Below, piece by piece: positions 13,201-25,943 of a stretch of DNA of 64,000 nt. The translations under genes and the position numbers were made by a program. The notes beneath the pieces are model-generated. The model was not told the DNA's origin. It ran no database searches and worked only from the letters and a program-made list of their open reading frames with translations. Position 1 is the first letter of the stretch. Each line of letters begins with the position of its first letter. The stretch comes from Spirogloea muscicola (Eukaryota), in assembly GCA_009602725.1 (NCBI GenBank), contig WELB01000013.1, forward strand, positions 756,561 through 820,560, given 5' to 3'.

Positions 13201-13291
13201 CGACCCGCTTCCAGCTGCAACAGACGCGTCTGCAACTGGCAGCCGCGGGCGAGGCCGGGGAAGGGGCCGAGGCCGTGGCAGCAAGAAGTGA
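9564..13291 (+). CDS. RCC2: RCC2/TD-60-like RCC1-repeat protein, many short exons
   Basis: GELLFCGSTDWDMIGR, CYTWGRNE, GQLGHGD, SAGLPQYGQLGHGSDNE, VACGNNHT, WGNGGYG|RLGHREQKDEW, GQLYMWG...DNWMYPKP, YGELGYGPSG. Basic/RG-rich tail ends at 13291. Confidence 0.88.
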
Positions 13292-13464
13292 GCGGCACTC
13301 TTGTGTGCCATGGCTAAAATGTCAATAAGCTCTTCGATGTTTGTCAGAGGTCAACGACTCTGCCGGCAATCTGCCGCACTGTACGAGCTGAGCGTGCAAG
13401 CTAGATGGCCAGCTTGCAGTCTGCCTTACTTTCTCGCCAGGTGGGAAATTGTCATTCCTCCCTC

Positions 13465-13550
13465 ATGCGGTGATGTACGTCATCGGATGTGCTTGCCAAT
13501 GTACTTGGCCATTTTGGCCTTCATTTGTTTCAAGTACACAATTCCTTCTG
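13465..13550 (+). mobile_element. Solo 3'-UTR fragment of one CRE-like subfamily
   Basis: gtgatgtacgtcatcggatgtgcttgccaatgtacttggccattttggcc...tttcaagtacacaattcc matches the sequence after the stop of the copies at 49170-49265 (-) and 61540-61635 (-). Confidence 0.65.
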
Positions 13551-13794
13551 CAACTCCCAGGCAAATACAGTCAAGCGACTGCTAGCTTTGGTGTTAGCCA
13601 TTCTGGCCATAAGCACCATGCCAGAGTGACCAGCATTGACTTCGATACTGTTTCGCTGCATGCAGTCCGAGCAGCACAATGGCACTGGCTGGGCAAGCAG
13701 CGCTTGGCACCTCAGAGGCGCATACGCATGTCATTCTTATCAATTAGAATGTGGGAGAGCATCGAGTTAAAGGAGGAAAGGGGGAGGGGGATAA

Positions 13795-14273
13795 TCAGGG
13801 TGTGGTGGCAACGTGGCCCTTGACAAGCACGGCAAAAGCGATGGCAGCAAGCGACACGAGTAGCGCAAAGACGTCGAAGGCCAGTGCAGCTTGAGCCTGG
13901 TTGCTGAGGGGCATGTTGTGGCGGCCGAGCTCGTCCGCGCGCTGGTCCGGCGACCCCTGCTGCTGGTAGTACGTGGGCCGCGGCGGCGGCCTCCTCGCCG
14001 TGGCCTGCCGCCGGGAGGCCTCCTGCGCAGTCTGCCAGTCGTACAGGCGGCGGCGCTCGGGCGACGTAAGCACGCTGTGGGCCTCCTTGAGGCGCACGAA
14101 CTTAGCGGCCGCCACCTCCAGCGGCAGCGTCGTCGCGTCCGGGTGGTACTGCTTGGACAGCCGCCGGAAGGCCGCCTTGATCTCGTCCACGCCAGCGGTC
14201 GGCGGCACGCCCAGGTACCTACGCCGAAGCAGCAGCAGCTGCAGTTATTGAGTCATCAGGCAGCAGCAGAGGA

Positions 14274-14306
<33 letters not shown>

Positions 14307-14558
14307 CCCGGCGGCGGTTGTGGAGGCGGCGGGCGAACGCACAGGTAGTGGCTGTCCTCGGCCTGCAGGAGCAGCGGGACGAGGTCGGCGCCCAGCACCG
14401 GCAGCGCGGTGCCGGGCGGCGCGGACTCGGCGGCGCGCCCGGCGGCAGGGCCGCCGATCCAGCCCTCGTCCGGGTCGGACTCGCGAGCCGCAGATCCATG
14501 CGCGCCGACGCCGACGCGCCGGCGCCCCCGCCGCTCGCCTACGCTGCGCGCGCCCGCT
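13795..14558 (-). CDS. ndhT: Plastid NDH subunit T (CRRJ), J-domain membrane protein; 5' exon(s) unresolved
   Basis: DPDEGWIGG...EDSHY|LGVPPTAGVDEIKAAFRRLSKQYHPDATTLPLEVAAAKFVRLKEAHSVL...RRLYDWQTAQEASRRQ...LGRHNMPLSNQAQAALAFD followed by a C-terminal TM segment. Confidence 0.85.
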
Positions 14559-15070
14559 GCCGCTGGGCTGCAGGGCACGGAGCTCGGGTCTTAAACCCCT
14601 GCATCCATAAACCCCAGCAACCCCTAAAAGTCGTCTGGTCCTGAAACCTAAACCCTCTGCGGGTTCCCCCGGGCCTCTGTGGACTTGACCCCGGATGCTT
14701 TGCGTATAGGCTATGTCCTGGCCGCCGCCTCTGGATCTCGAGGTGCTGACTCTCCCGTGCTGGCAGAGTCTTTCTTCTTCCCGTGCTGCTAGTCACTCCG
14801 ACTTGCTGCAGTTGACTAGGACGTATTGAGCAACCCCTGTGGCAGCCGCGCGCGTGTCGGCATGCGTTGCGAATGTCGACCCCTCCGGACCTTGTCCACC
14901 CACTTGGGCTGGCCTTTTACAGCCATCGCCCTTTGAGAGTCTTTCCTCCGACGTTGACGAGCGGCATGGACCATGCACTGGGCTGCCCATGTGGCCCAAG
15001 CACCCCAACACGACTAGGAAAATGGAGTGAGTATTGAGTGATGGAGTGCCTGAGTGCCCAAGTACGATGA

Positions 15071-18000
15071 CTAGGAGGTGGTCGAGGCAGGCTTGGGAGG
15101 TGCGGCAGACCGCGGACCGTCGTCCAGCCACACAGCAAGTGGCCAGAGGTCACCCCACCGTGTGTGCCGGGCGCGCCGGTATCGAGCACTGCCGCCCCGC
15201 CCGCGAGACACGATGCTGCGCACGAGCGCGCCGCTGCGCCCGCCGGCGTCGGCGGCTGCGCACACGTCCAGGATGACGTGTCCGCCGCGCCGCAGCGGCG
15301 GCCGTACCACGCGTGCCCACCCTGTGCTCACGGCCGCCTGCGAGTCCCGTGCTCCATGGCCCCCACCTTCCTCCTCCCCTCCCCCATCCTCCTCGTCCTC
15401 ATCCTCAACTTGCTCACTTGAAGTCACAGTCACCTGCCCACTGGTATCAGTACTAGCGGCATCCACTACGGCGGCATGTTCGTGGGCCTCTCCACTCTCT
15501 GACTTGGGCTCCTCGAGCGGCATCTCCACTTCTGCAAGAAACAGCAGCATCAGAAGAAACACAACAAAGGCTCTGACATCTGCTGAGTTGCTGAATTGTT
15601 GATGACAGTGGCTGTGATTGCAAAACCTGGTACTGGCAGCGATTGTCCTCTGGGCGAAGGGACGCCAGCGAGGCTCGATATCGCAGGCTCATCTTCAGGA
15701 TTCACCTCGTACGGCCCGGACGACCTGCTTAAGAAATGGAAGGCGTAAATGGCCGTCCAGCAGCAGCAGCATTCCATCTCTTTGTAGGCCAAGTTGCAGG
15801 TCGCCTTCCAGCAGCAGAGTGAGTCATAGAGCTCAACGGCGCAATCATCACTACGCAATCACGATCAGGACAACGAGGGATGGTGACTATGGATGGTGAA
15901 ATCAGATATGAGTGCAGATATTTTGCAACTCGTCAAGTATGATCGAGATCCTCACTGTGGACGAACGCCGCGCCTGATGACCACAAAGGAAAAGTTTTCG
16001 TCCTCGTGTGCCTGAGGGCTCGACTCCAGGCCCCTCTGCAGGGCAACCATGCTTTCCAGAATGAGCTCCTGACACATACTGATGCATCCCCAGGTCGCGA
16101 GTTGAAAACTGGAGCCTTTGATTCACCACAATGTGTGTAGGGTATGTCCGAAGAACCTCGCTTATCTAAGCGCTCCTGTATAATTTCAGCAGTCACAAGC
16201 ACTTGTGTACGGCCTGTCAAATGTCAAGTCAGCAGCCAACCTTGGCCATCTTCTGCGCTGGTGTTCGCAGCAGCCTTTGGCGGAAGTAGCACCAGCTCGC
16301 CATCCTGTCCATTGGGCACGACCCATCGTGCGCGCACTGCGGAAGCCATGCTGACCCCCAGCAAGACTCAGTAGGAAGATCTGACCGCAGCACAAGAATG
16401 GCTTTCAGCTGATGGGCTCAGTCTAGCATAAAGCTTTCAGCCGTACCGGAGCAACGATGTGGGCACCCTCCTGCCGCACGTCTTGTGGCCCATGCTGTCC
16501 ATCCGTATTGTCACGCCCATGCAGCTGCTGCGCCGGAGCTTGCCAGGTGGCCTGCACATCCAGCAACATGAACCTCTCCACTTAGCAAGACATGGATGAT
16601 GATGAGAACCCGAAGTACTCTGACATGCAAAAGCTCCAGCAAGCAGGTTGCTGAAGTCCTGCAAGAGCCCAACAAATCAAGCACGAATTAGACTCCTCAG
16701 CTTCCAAACCCTTGCTGAGATGCAAAATTACCTTCCGCTCCAGCCGCAGGACATGCTCTCGTGCCTCTCGCACGACGGTCGAGCCAAAGGGGTTGCCACT
16801 CTCAATGATGATCTGGCCCATGAGCCCAGAGCACTCCAACAGCTTGAGGCCCTTGGCATCCTTGTGCAGCAATGAAGGGGCCAGCCTATCCTGCACCTCA
16901 TGCAAGACGGCTGGGATGGGAGCAACCAATGTGTGCTTAAGATTGCAGCCTAAATCATAAGAGACTTGAGAGTCCCAAGGTCCAGTATCATGCCAGGAGC
17001 TGCTTGGTGTGCCGGCTCCACAGGCGGCGGACCATCGAGTCCCGCGCCTCCGTGCTCGGCAGCTCGCTGAGCGCATATGCCTATACTCGCCTCACGGAAG
17101 TGCCACCGAGGAGCACACACGCCAGTCAGAACGAGACGATAAAGTGCTTGCCCACCAATGTACAAGCCAATTTGATGAGGCGGCTGCTCACTGCAACAAC
17201 TGCGTCGAATTGGCGATCTTCGCCGCGGAGCTTGCGGGAGAGCGTGTCGACATGCGAGAAGTAGCGAAGCTGCGGTGGCGCCCCGCTGGCCCCTTTGTAG
17301 CAGCAGACCCGCCGCTTCGTGTCAACCAAGTGTCGTGTTGCAGCCAGCTCGACCAGGCCACAAGTCGATCCCACAGTGACGTAGATACTCATTGTCTTAG
17401 TGGGAGAAAAACAAAGAGGTGAGGGCCTGATCTATAAGCATCTCTGGGGTGTCAAGAACCTTGGAGGAGAGTGGCATTCGCCTGCGACATGGGTGCTGAA
17501 CTTTCTACGACGGCCACACGCCGAAGCTGCCCCGGCCATGCCTGCATGGCCGACCTGCCAGCAACCACTCAAGCAAGAGGCTGTAGTGGCGGCAAACATC
17601 AGCCTGCAGTGAGCAACACAAACGCTGGGCAGAGCCGGCGTGCTGCCGGTCACTGATGGGCGTGCAACCGCACCAGATAGCGGTGCCCGGGCCGCTTCCA
17701 AAGTCGACCATCGATGATGGCGAGAAGGCTGGCAGCCGCAGCGCTACCTGCGCAACATTTCAGTGACAGCACTAGGTGGTCAGCAACTGAAGTCCAGCTT
17801 TGCTGCCTTTGACCATCATCAGAAGGGCACTGGACAACGTTGGCAGAGTGAGCGCAAGGTCGTCGAGCAACGTGACAGACCTCGCGCATCACCCGGTGCA
17901 GCGCGGCGTACGTGGCGGGCATGCGGGCAGCTATGTAGGCCGCCACCTCCGGCTCCCGGTAGCGGGGTGCATGCGGCGCTGCGCCTGCGGGGGCATCGGG

Positions 18001-18492
18001 CACCACGCCCAGCCGCCGCTCGTCCGCAGCGGCGGCAAGGGGCTCCCAGCTCCGCTCCTCCTCCTCCTCTGCCGCCGCCGCCGATGTTGCCGCCGCCGCT
18101 GGGCCACGGGGTGCGCGGTGGGCTGACGACAGCCGCGCTCGCTGCCGCAGGGCGCCCGAGAGCCGCGCTGCGTCCTGCCGCACCTGGCGACGTGGGCTGC
18201 GGGCGATGAAGGCGGCGATGGCGGCCTGGAGGCCGTCCGGCAGCTGCAGCAGGCCGATGGACTGCTGCGCAGGTTGCGCCGGCTCTGCTCTTCCCACTGC
18301 CGGCCCCAGTACTTCTGTTGGCCCCGCTGATAAACCCTGGGTCGCCGAGTGGACGCTACAGCCAGCAGTCTCATCGCAATGGGCGTTGGACGTTCGCTGC
18401 ACAGACACCGCCGCGGCTCTGGTGCTCGTTGCAGCAACGCCGCGGGCGGTACGGCGCAGGAAGCCACCGGCAGCAGAGCCTGCGGCCAGCAT
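15071..18492 (-). CDS. RSM22: Mitochondrial small-subunit assembly methyltransferase-like protein RSM22/METTL17
   Basis: AYIAARMPATYAALHRVMREV, VDFGSGPGTAIW, WARVVRPPLRRGGHVILDVC...YRRARHTRWGDLWP. N-terminus resembles a mitochondrial transit peptide. Confidence 0.88.
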
Positions 18493-19373
18493 GACCGCCC
18501 AAACCCTGCCAGCTGCAGGCGGGCCTGAACCCGAAAACCCCTAAACTCTGTCGCTGAAGCCTCGACGCTGAGAGCACGCAAGCATGCGTCACGCCGTCAG
18601 AGGTCCAGGAGGTTGGTCGACGGGCAGTCGCCGTGCACCGGGGCCTGCACCAGGCGGACTGCGCAGCTGGGGCGCAGCTGGGGCCAGGCTTCGGAGGTGC
18701 ACTGGCGGCTCTCGAGATTTAGAAGTCAGGGTTTAACGTGGGTCGGGGTAGGAAATTAGTTAGGGTTTTGTGGTCAGGCTTTGGCTTGCGAGTCTGGGAG
18801 ACGAGCGGCCGCCTCGAGGCCCTTGAGCCATGTCATGCCATGCCATGCCTTTCCTGGCTAGCCCCAGTGCCGTGCCGGGCTTTGTCAGGCCTTGCCAGGC
18901 CTTTCCAGCGCATGCCCCACCGTGCCCCGCCGTGCGATGCCTTGTCAAGCCATCCCAATCAACCTGGGGAGAGAATCTGTTGACAGGATACATTCTTTCG
19001 CCAGGAGCGCATACGATGCCAAGTTTTCGCAACCAGACATTGACAGTCCGAGTATGAGCTATATTCTTTCAGGGCCGCTGGCCAGGAGGCGCGAACCGTG
19101 GCCAGACGGATCTTCAGCTGTGCGTACTCGCGGAGGTGGAGCGGCCGGCGTCCGCCGTGACCTGCGCCGCCGCCGCCGCCGCCGCTGCCGCCGCCGCCGC
19201 CAGCNNNNNNNNNNNNNNNNNNNNNNNNNNNNNNNNNNNNNNNNNNNNNNNNNNNNNNNNNNNNNNNNNNNNNNNNNNNNNNNNNNNNNNNNNNNNNNNN
19301 NNNNNNNNNNNNNNNNNNNNNNNNNNNNNNNNNNNNNNNNNNNNNNNNNNNNNNNNNNNNNNNNNNNNNNNNN

Positions 19374-20309
19374 GCTTTCGGCCTCGCGGCGTGCTCCGCG
19401 GCGGCGGAGCCCGAGCCCCGGCCGCAAACGTCGGCGGCGGCCGCGGAGGGAGACGCGAGCGAAGCCGTGGCGGCGCGGCGCGCGGAGCGCGAGGTCCTGG
19501 GCGCCGTGCGCACAGCGTTCGGCTTCGCCAAACTGGGCGACGGCGCGGCGGCGTGCGCCGCGCTCTACGGCGGCGACTGGGACGCGCCGGAGCTTCAGGC
19601 CCTCGGCGCCGAGCTCCAGTACCTCCTCCCCGACGGCCAGGTCCTCGTCGACGTCTCCACCGACCGCCTCCAGGGCGACAGGTCCGAGCCGCTCCCGGAA
19701 GCAGCCCCAGCGTGGCCGCATGGGGACACAGCGATGGCCAGCCATGCATGTTCGAGCTATGTGCCGATGAACCCAGAAGCCTATAATGGGAGAGACCTCT
19801 GAGACGAAGCAACAACTGGGTTCGACTTGAGGCCCACAAGCGCATGGCGGTGGGTGGCGTCGCGGCCGTGCGCAGCTGCTCCGGCCTGCGGCGCCTGATC
19901 AACGAGCTGGCTCTGACGCCCTTCAAGTCGCATCTGCTGGAGTTGGTGGACCTCCAGGCGCTTGACATGTACGCACCGGCGAAAGTCGTCCTCGCCGAGT
20001 TCAACTACACCGGAGTGAGCGCCCCCAGCGCCAGCCTCGTCCCTTTGGCATGCCAACTTGCCGACGGCAGCGCTGGCCTGTCTGCCTCTGCAACAACTAC
20101 CTTTAAATGCAGTGGAGCAGTCACGGCGCATGCATGACAGGCTGACAGAACTGTTTTCGAGCCAAGTGCTCCGTGACTCTGACTTGACTTCGTTGCTTGG
20201 CGGGGCGTGGCGGCAGACCATCCGGCGGCCGCTACGGCCATTCCACCCCCAGGTCGTCCTCCTGGAGCATCTGCAGCAGTATCACATCATTGCCATCTGC
20301 TTCCCTTGA
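19374..20309 (+). CDS. Uncharacterised protein, spliced; 5' part in assembly gap
   Basis: High-GC3 exons ...LQYLLPDGQVLVDVSTDRLQGDRSEPLPE / RMAVGGVAAVRSCSGLRRLINELALTPFKSHLL...MYAPAKVVLAEFNYTG / LTELFSSQVLRDSDLTSLLGGAW...HIIAICFP*. Function not recognised. Confidence 0.6.
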
Positions 20310-20747
20310 AGCCTGACTTTCCTGGCAATGGAGGTTGACTTGCTTGGCGCACTGTACTTGGCCTTCGCGCAGTAGGGTCCCGGTCAAACTACTCCACTTC
20401 TGAGCAGCCTCAGGGTGCGCATGAGTTGCAAAGTACACAACATAGCGTTGTCAGCAGTCAAGCTTGGGACTGTACAACTATACAGCTACGAGTGCAGCAT
20501 CAGTGGCTGCACAATTGAGGTGCCAGAAGCGAAAGGGTGCAGGCCGATTTACATTCGGTCTTTCTCGTAAGCATTTAGTGTAACTGCCTATACACGTGCA
20601 CGTCAGTGACCGAGGTCAACAAGCAGCAGGCATCGGCAGGTCTGCACAGTGTCGGCTATACTAGGCTCATAGTTGTCAAGGCTCGCAGGTGGCGAGGTAG
20701 GGAATTCCGCCATGAGGCACGAGAAGCGGTACTGACGGCAGGAGTGA

Positions 20748-22947
20748 CTAGTTCGAGACCATGGTCTCGGTCTCGCGCACAAAGCCATCACCAGTCCACT
20801 CCTTGTCAGATGCCAGGCCGCTCCGTGCACTGCGCCTCTTCTCCTGCGCCTCTCGCTGCATCCGCACCAGCTCGTGGTGTGTCGTGAAGTACGGCAGCGA
20901 TGCTCTGCTCGACGCAGGCACTCCAGTGCTCATTACAATGGCCATGCTGTTGAAGCAGCTCTCACGTCACGCGCACCAGCTAGCAAGCAGCGCCTAGGAG
21001 ATATTGGATGGATTTGCAGAGCTGATCACAGAGCGGGCAGCGCACATACCCTCGGAAATCCTCGATGGAGGCAAAGTCGTGGCGGCGCATGAACTCTTGC
21101 AGCTCCTCGCACAGCTTGCTGACCAGGCCGTACCCGTGCATCATCACACCCGTGCACACCTGCACGTGCATGAGCTGCAAGGCATCAGCAGCAAGCTACG
21201 TACCCATCAAACAGATGTCAAGGATTGCGTCATTATCACAAGCTCGTCAGGGACATGGTTGGCCACATTATTGCCAAGTTCGTGCCAGTAACTATGCATC
21301 CAGCTTTTTGTGCAGACACTGAAGTGGCTTGCAGATCAGCAGCACCTGCACAGTTGAGGCCCCAAGGAGGAGAAACTCGGCTGCGTTTCCACCGTCCTCA
21401 ATGCCCCCTATGCCGGACACAGATGCGGCAGGGAACTCCTTTGCCACCATCTGCGATATGGCCATGACTTTGGCAAGTGCAATGGGCCGCACCGCCTTGC
21501 TGGAGTAGCCGCCAGGCGTCGTGTACCTGCAAAGTTGCCAGACTGAAGTTCGATGAACGATATAGAAAACCCCAAATAAGGACTCCAGCAGCAAAAGGTG
21601 GAGTCCTACATTGCATGGGAATCGGTAGTAACGTGCCATTGGGGCCAGGCAAACTTACCCTTCCACACACGGTTCGGGGCGGAGTGTGTCAAGGTTGATG
21701 CCCATGACACTTGTAATTGTGTTGATGGCTGACACGCCCTCGCAGCCTGCAGCAAGTGCTGTGCGCGCTGGCTGTTCCATGGCGGCCAATGCACGCAACG
21801 CCAGCGTCAGAGCAGACCTCGCAACGACCTCGCCAGCACGCAGCATCTGGCCAGCTTCAGCTCTCAGAGCTGGAGCATGGTGGGGCTGACCTGCGTGATG
21901 TCGGTGATGTTGGGCGTCATCTTGGCCCACACCGGCACGGTGGCCTTGGCGTTGATCCAGCCGCAGACCTCCGCAAGCAGGCTGCAGTCCTGGCCCATAG
22001 CTGCCCCCATCTTGCGCTCGGGCATGCCGTGCGGGCACGAGAAGTTGATCTCCAGCGCGTCCTGCAGCACCAGGAGCCGACGGGGCCGGCCGGTGGCGGT
22101 GAGGCTTGTGGACACCATCACCAGCGGCTGCCCAGGTGGCAGGTGCCATAGGTGCAAGGTGTGCCAGGGACTAGGAGAACAAGTCACGAGGGAGTTAGTG
22201 GTAGCAATATGCGATCCATTGTGTGGTGATGATGTTTTTAGAGCTTGATAGTATTTGTTGCGCTGTGTAACGTGTGCCAATACTTAATGGAGGCACACCA
22301 AGCCGACTTGCAAGCAAGCCGTCTTTGAGTCAAGCGCAGTGGCAATGCAGCCGTCAAGCAAGGGCGAGGGGCTGACCACGCCGGTGGCCTCGACGCGCTC
22401 GATGATCTCCTCCCACGCGCCGCGGTCGTACTCCTCCATGATGCTGGCGATGAGGACGCGGTCGGGGTACTCGGCCTTGAGGCGCGCCAGCTCGTCCAGC
22501 ATCGTCTCCAGCGGCCGGTCGCTGATGAGCTCGATGTTCTGCCAGCCGATCACCTCGCCGCGCCCGCCCTTGGCGTCGCCCGGTCTGCCGCCGGCCTTGA
22601 GCCGCGCGTACCGGGGCGTCACGTTCACCACCTTGGCCGAGTCCAGCGACAGCTGCGGCGCGGAAAAGGGGGTTTGAGGTTTGAGGAAGGCCAGCAAGCC
22701 TCGCTGGCGGCGGCAGCGGCGGCGGCTGCGGCTGTGGCGCAACGGCGGCGGAGGAAGGCGCTTGCCGTCTTGCAGATGACGGCTCCCCAGCCCTCGTCGA
22801 AGGCGCGCTTCATGACGACGTAGTTGGTGCCGGGCGGGCCCGACGCGATCACGAACGGGTTGGGGAGTCGCAGCCCGTCGACGGTCACCGACAGGTCCGG
22901 CAGGCCGCCGCCGCCGCCGCCGCCGGCCGCCGCCGCCGCCGAGGCCC
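20748..22947 (-). CDS. PYD1: Plastid dihydropyrimidine dehydrogenase; start/transit peptide in gap
   Basis: DLSVTVDGLRLPNPFVIASGPPGTNY, IGWQNIELISDRPLE, EINFSCPHGMPERKMGAAMGQD, VWAKMTPNITDIT, TPGGYSSKAVRPIAL, VCTGVMMHGY, ASLPYFTTHHELV...WTGDGFVRETETMVSN*. Confidence 0.95.
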
Positions 22948-23042
22948 NNNNNNNNNNNNNNNNNNNNNNNNNNNNNNNNNNNNNNNNNNNNNNNNNNNNN
23001 NNNNNNNNNNNNNNNNNNNNNNNNNNNNNNNNNNNNNNNNNN

Positions 23043-23337
23043 GTTCGCGCTGCCGCCGCCGAGCGGAGGCGCCGCCGCGGCCTGCGGGCCTATTGCCGGC
23101 CCATCGCTGGCGTCCAGCGCCAGCTGGCCGCCGTGGTGCAGGAAGCGGCACGCGCTGCCGTGCTTGCAGTAGCCGCGCGCAAAGTAGAGGCACGGCCGCC
23201 ACGCCGCCGCCGCCGCCGCCGCGTCGGCCGCGCTGCTGCCGTATAAGTACGCAATGTGGTCGTAGGCCCCGCCTGCGGAGGCGGCAGCGCCGGGGATGTC
23301 CGCCATTGCCCGGCCGTAGCGCTCCTGATGAGGGAGC
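23043..23337 (-). other. Isolated CCCH zinc-finger coding exon (C3H53/55-like), probably misassembled into this locus
   Basis: [24 protein letters not shown] (C-x8-C-x5-C-x3-H), bounded by an N gap and a (GGC)11 run. Confidence 0.7.
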
Positions 23338-23341
23338 TGCA

Positions 23342-23343
<2 letters not shown>

Positions 23344-23379
<36 letters not shown>

Positions 23380-25414
23380 GGGCTGACTTACAGGGACGCC
23401 GGCGTGGACATCGACGCCGGCGCCGAGCTCGTGCGCCGCATCGCCCGCATGGCCCCCGGCATCGGCGGCTTCGGCGGCCTCTTCCCCTTCGGTGCTGGCC
23501 GCCCTTAAACCCCGAACCCCGGACCTCATGCCCTCCACCCCGGCTCTCACGGCGGCGGCGGCGACGGCGGCGGCGGGCTCTGACGGCTCGCGCCCTGGTC
23601 CGCCGGCTCACTGGCAGGCGACTCCTACCTTGTGGCTGGCACGGACGGCGTCGGCACCAAGCTCAAGCTCGCCTTCGAGATGCGCCGCCACGACACCATT
23701 GGCATCGACCTCGTGAGCGCCGCCGCTGCCGCCATTTTTGGCCACCGCTGCTCCGCCGGCGCCATACTTCACTTGCTGGGACAGAAGGCACTGCCGCCGG
23801 AGTGCTTCTGGGTGCTGTGAAGCGCATGCCCAGACGCGCGGCCCCTGACCGCAGACCGTACGGCGACTGGACCGGCACCGTAGCGGCACAGGTGGCAATG
23901 AGCGTGAACGACGTCGTCACGTCCGGCGCCGCGCCGCTCTTCTTCCTGGACTATTATGCGACCGGGCGGCTGGACGTGGATGTCGCCGAGGCTGTCGTGC
24001 GCGGCATCGTCAACGGCTGCGAGCAGGCGGGCTGCGTGCTCCTGGGTGGCGAGGTGAGGTCCCCTCTGTGACACGCCTCCAGGGGCCCAGTGGTCGAGGG
24101 CAGTGCCACTGTTAAGGTCACCTTATGGTCAAGGCTTTACAGGTTACAGGTAGACTAACAAGAACGACGGACTCTAATTGACATTGTCATCAGGGTGTCG
24201 CAAGTTCAGCGCTTGCCCGCTCTCCCAAGCATACACCACTTGGGGCGCTCAGGTTGGATGCCAGGTTGAGTCTGGCTTGCCTGCGGTACTTGTAAAGTTT
24301 TGAAAGCTGCCGTTGGGTCGCTGCCTGGCGCCTTGCCTGGAGCAACCGAGCTACTTGTTGCCGTGTCCTGAACACATAGTAGCACTTCGCAAGCTCATGG
24401 GGTTGCTGGTCAATGGCCACATGAGCAGCCAACAGCTTAGCAGGCGAGCGCGCTACTGGCTGGGCAGACCGCAGAGATGCCAGGCTTCTACGCCGAGGGG
24501 GAGTACGACCTCAGCGGCTTTGCAGTCGGCGCTGTTAAGCGGGATTCTGTAATTGACGGCCGCAGCGTGGCGGAAGGTGACCGCCTCATCGCGCTTCCCA
24601 GTAGCGGCGTGCACTCCAATGGCTTCTCCCTTGTGCGCAAGTGAGTATACTGCGGTTCATGCGCTGGCAATACCAGTGAGTGGTGTGCCACCATAAGCCT
24701 GTCTTAGACCAACCATGCTCCGCGCCAAGAGTAATCAATGCAGCGGAATGTGGTGAAAACGCCGCAGGATCCTGGAAAGAACGGGGACGGCACTGGACGT
24801 GGTGCTGCCAGGCGGCAATGGCAGCGTCACAGTTGGAGAGGCGCTGCTGGCGCCGACAGTAATCTACGTACGCCAGGTTTGTCAGCAGCATCTGCATTTG
24901 CTGACAGGCTTGTTAAATGTGCGATTCTGTGGCAACAACTCCACCTGATTTTAGTTGTTTTGGCGGCCGCAACGACAACTGCGCAGGTGCTGGACCTCGT
25001 TGCGCAGGGTGGCGTGCGTGCCATTGCTCACATTACCGGCGGCGGCTTCACTGACAACATACCACGCGTTTTGCCGAGCGGCCTGGCCGCTGCTGTCCGG
25101 ATGGGCTCATGGCACGTGCCAGCCATCTTCCGGTGGCTGCAGGAGGTTCGTGGACCAATGCCTGACCGCACATCACTTCTTCTTGGCCGCACTGCACTCG
25201 AAGTGACTGTGCAGGTCTAACACGGCAGTGTGCACCACAGGCCGGCGGGGTTGACGAGGCCGAGATGTTTCGCACGTTCAATATGGGCGTAGGCATGGTC
25301 CTGGTGGTTGGCGCAGGGGCAGCCAACCAGGCCCTGGACACATTACTGGAGTCGGGCTCGGCATTTGAGATAGGCCGAATTGTCCAAGGAGACGGCGTGA
25401 AGTACACCTCTTGA
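23344..25414 (+). CDS. PUR5: Phosphoribosylformylglycinamidine cyclo-ligase (AIR synthase); true 5' end missing
   Basis: [29 protein letters not shown]...[60 protein letters not shown] at 25412-25414. Confidence 0.95.
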
Positions 25415-25943
25415 TCCATCAATCTTGGAATAGTGCTTACTGATGTCACTTTGCTTCACGTCCAGATGGGCAGCCACCTTGTTCTGGGCCCAATTTTGCA
25501 GGTACAACTCTTGTGCGGTTCTGGACCAGAGCTCGGTCTTGCTTGTGGCCTGCTGTGGTTCTTAAGCAGCGTCTGACAGCTGCAGCATGGCAAGCGGCCC
25601 ACAACAGTATCGTTATTACTCTTTCAAGTGCATGCCAGGCTGGCCTGGCCATGCAGCGGTCTCTTTGCAGTGGCTACAATCAATTCCCACATCTCAATGG
25701 AGCAGCCAAGTGTCTGTACATACCGGCGCGCACATCCCTACGGCTGGCTGCATGTGGCAGCCGCAGAGCGTCTGTACAAGTAACTAGTTGGACAGGGCGA
25801 GCTAAGGAGGACTCTGCAAGCAGGGCAATGATGCTGCTTCCTGCCTCGATCCTCAATCTAGAAATGAATGTGCTCCAAGTGGGCAAGCAAAAGCAGCAGA
25901 GCTCGCAATGGAATGGTGGGATGTAGCAGGAAGGAGCTCAGGG

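Noticed and set aside
22284..23342. 352-aa CCCH zinc finger-dihydropyrimidine dehydrogenase fusion ORF
   Set aside because: It reads through an N gap and an intron and is probably an assembly chimera.
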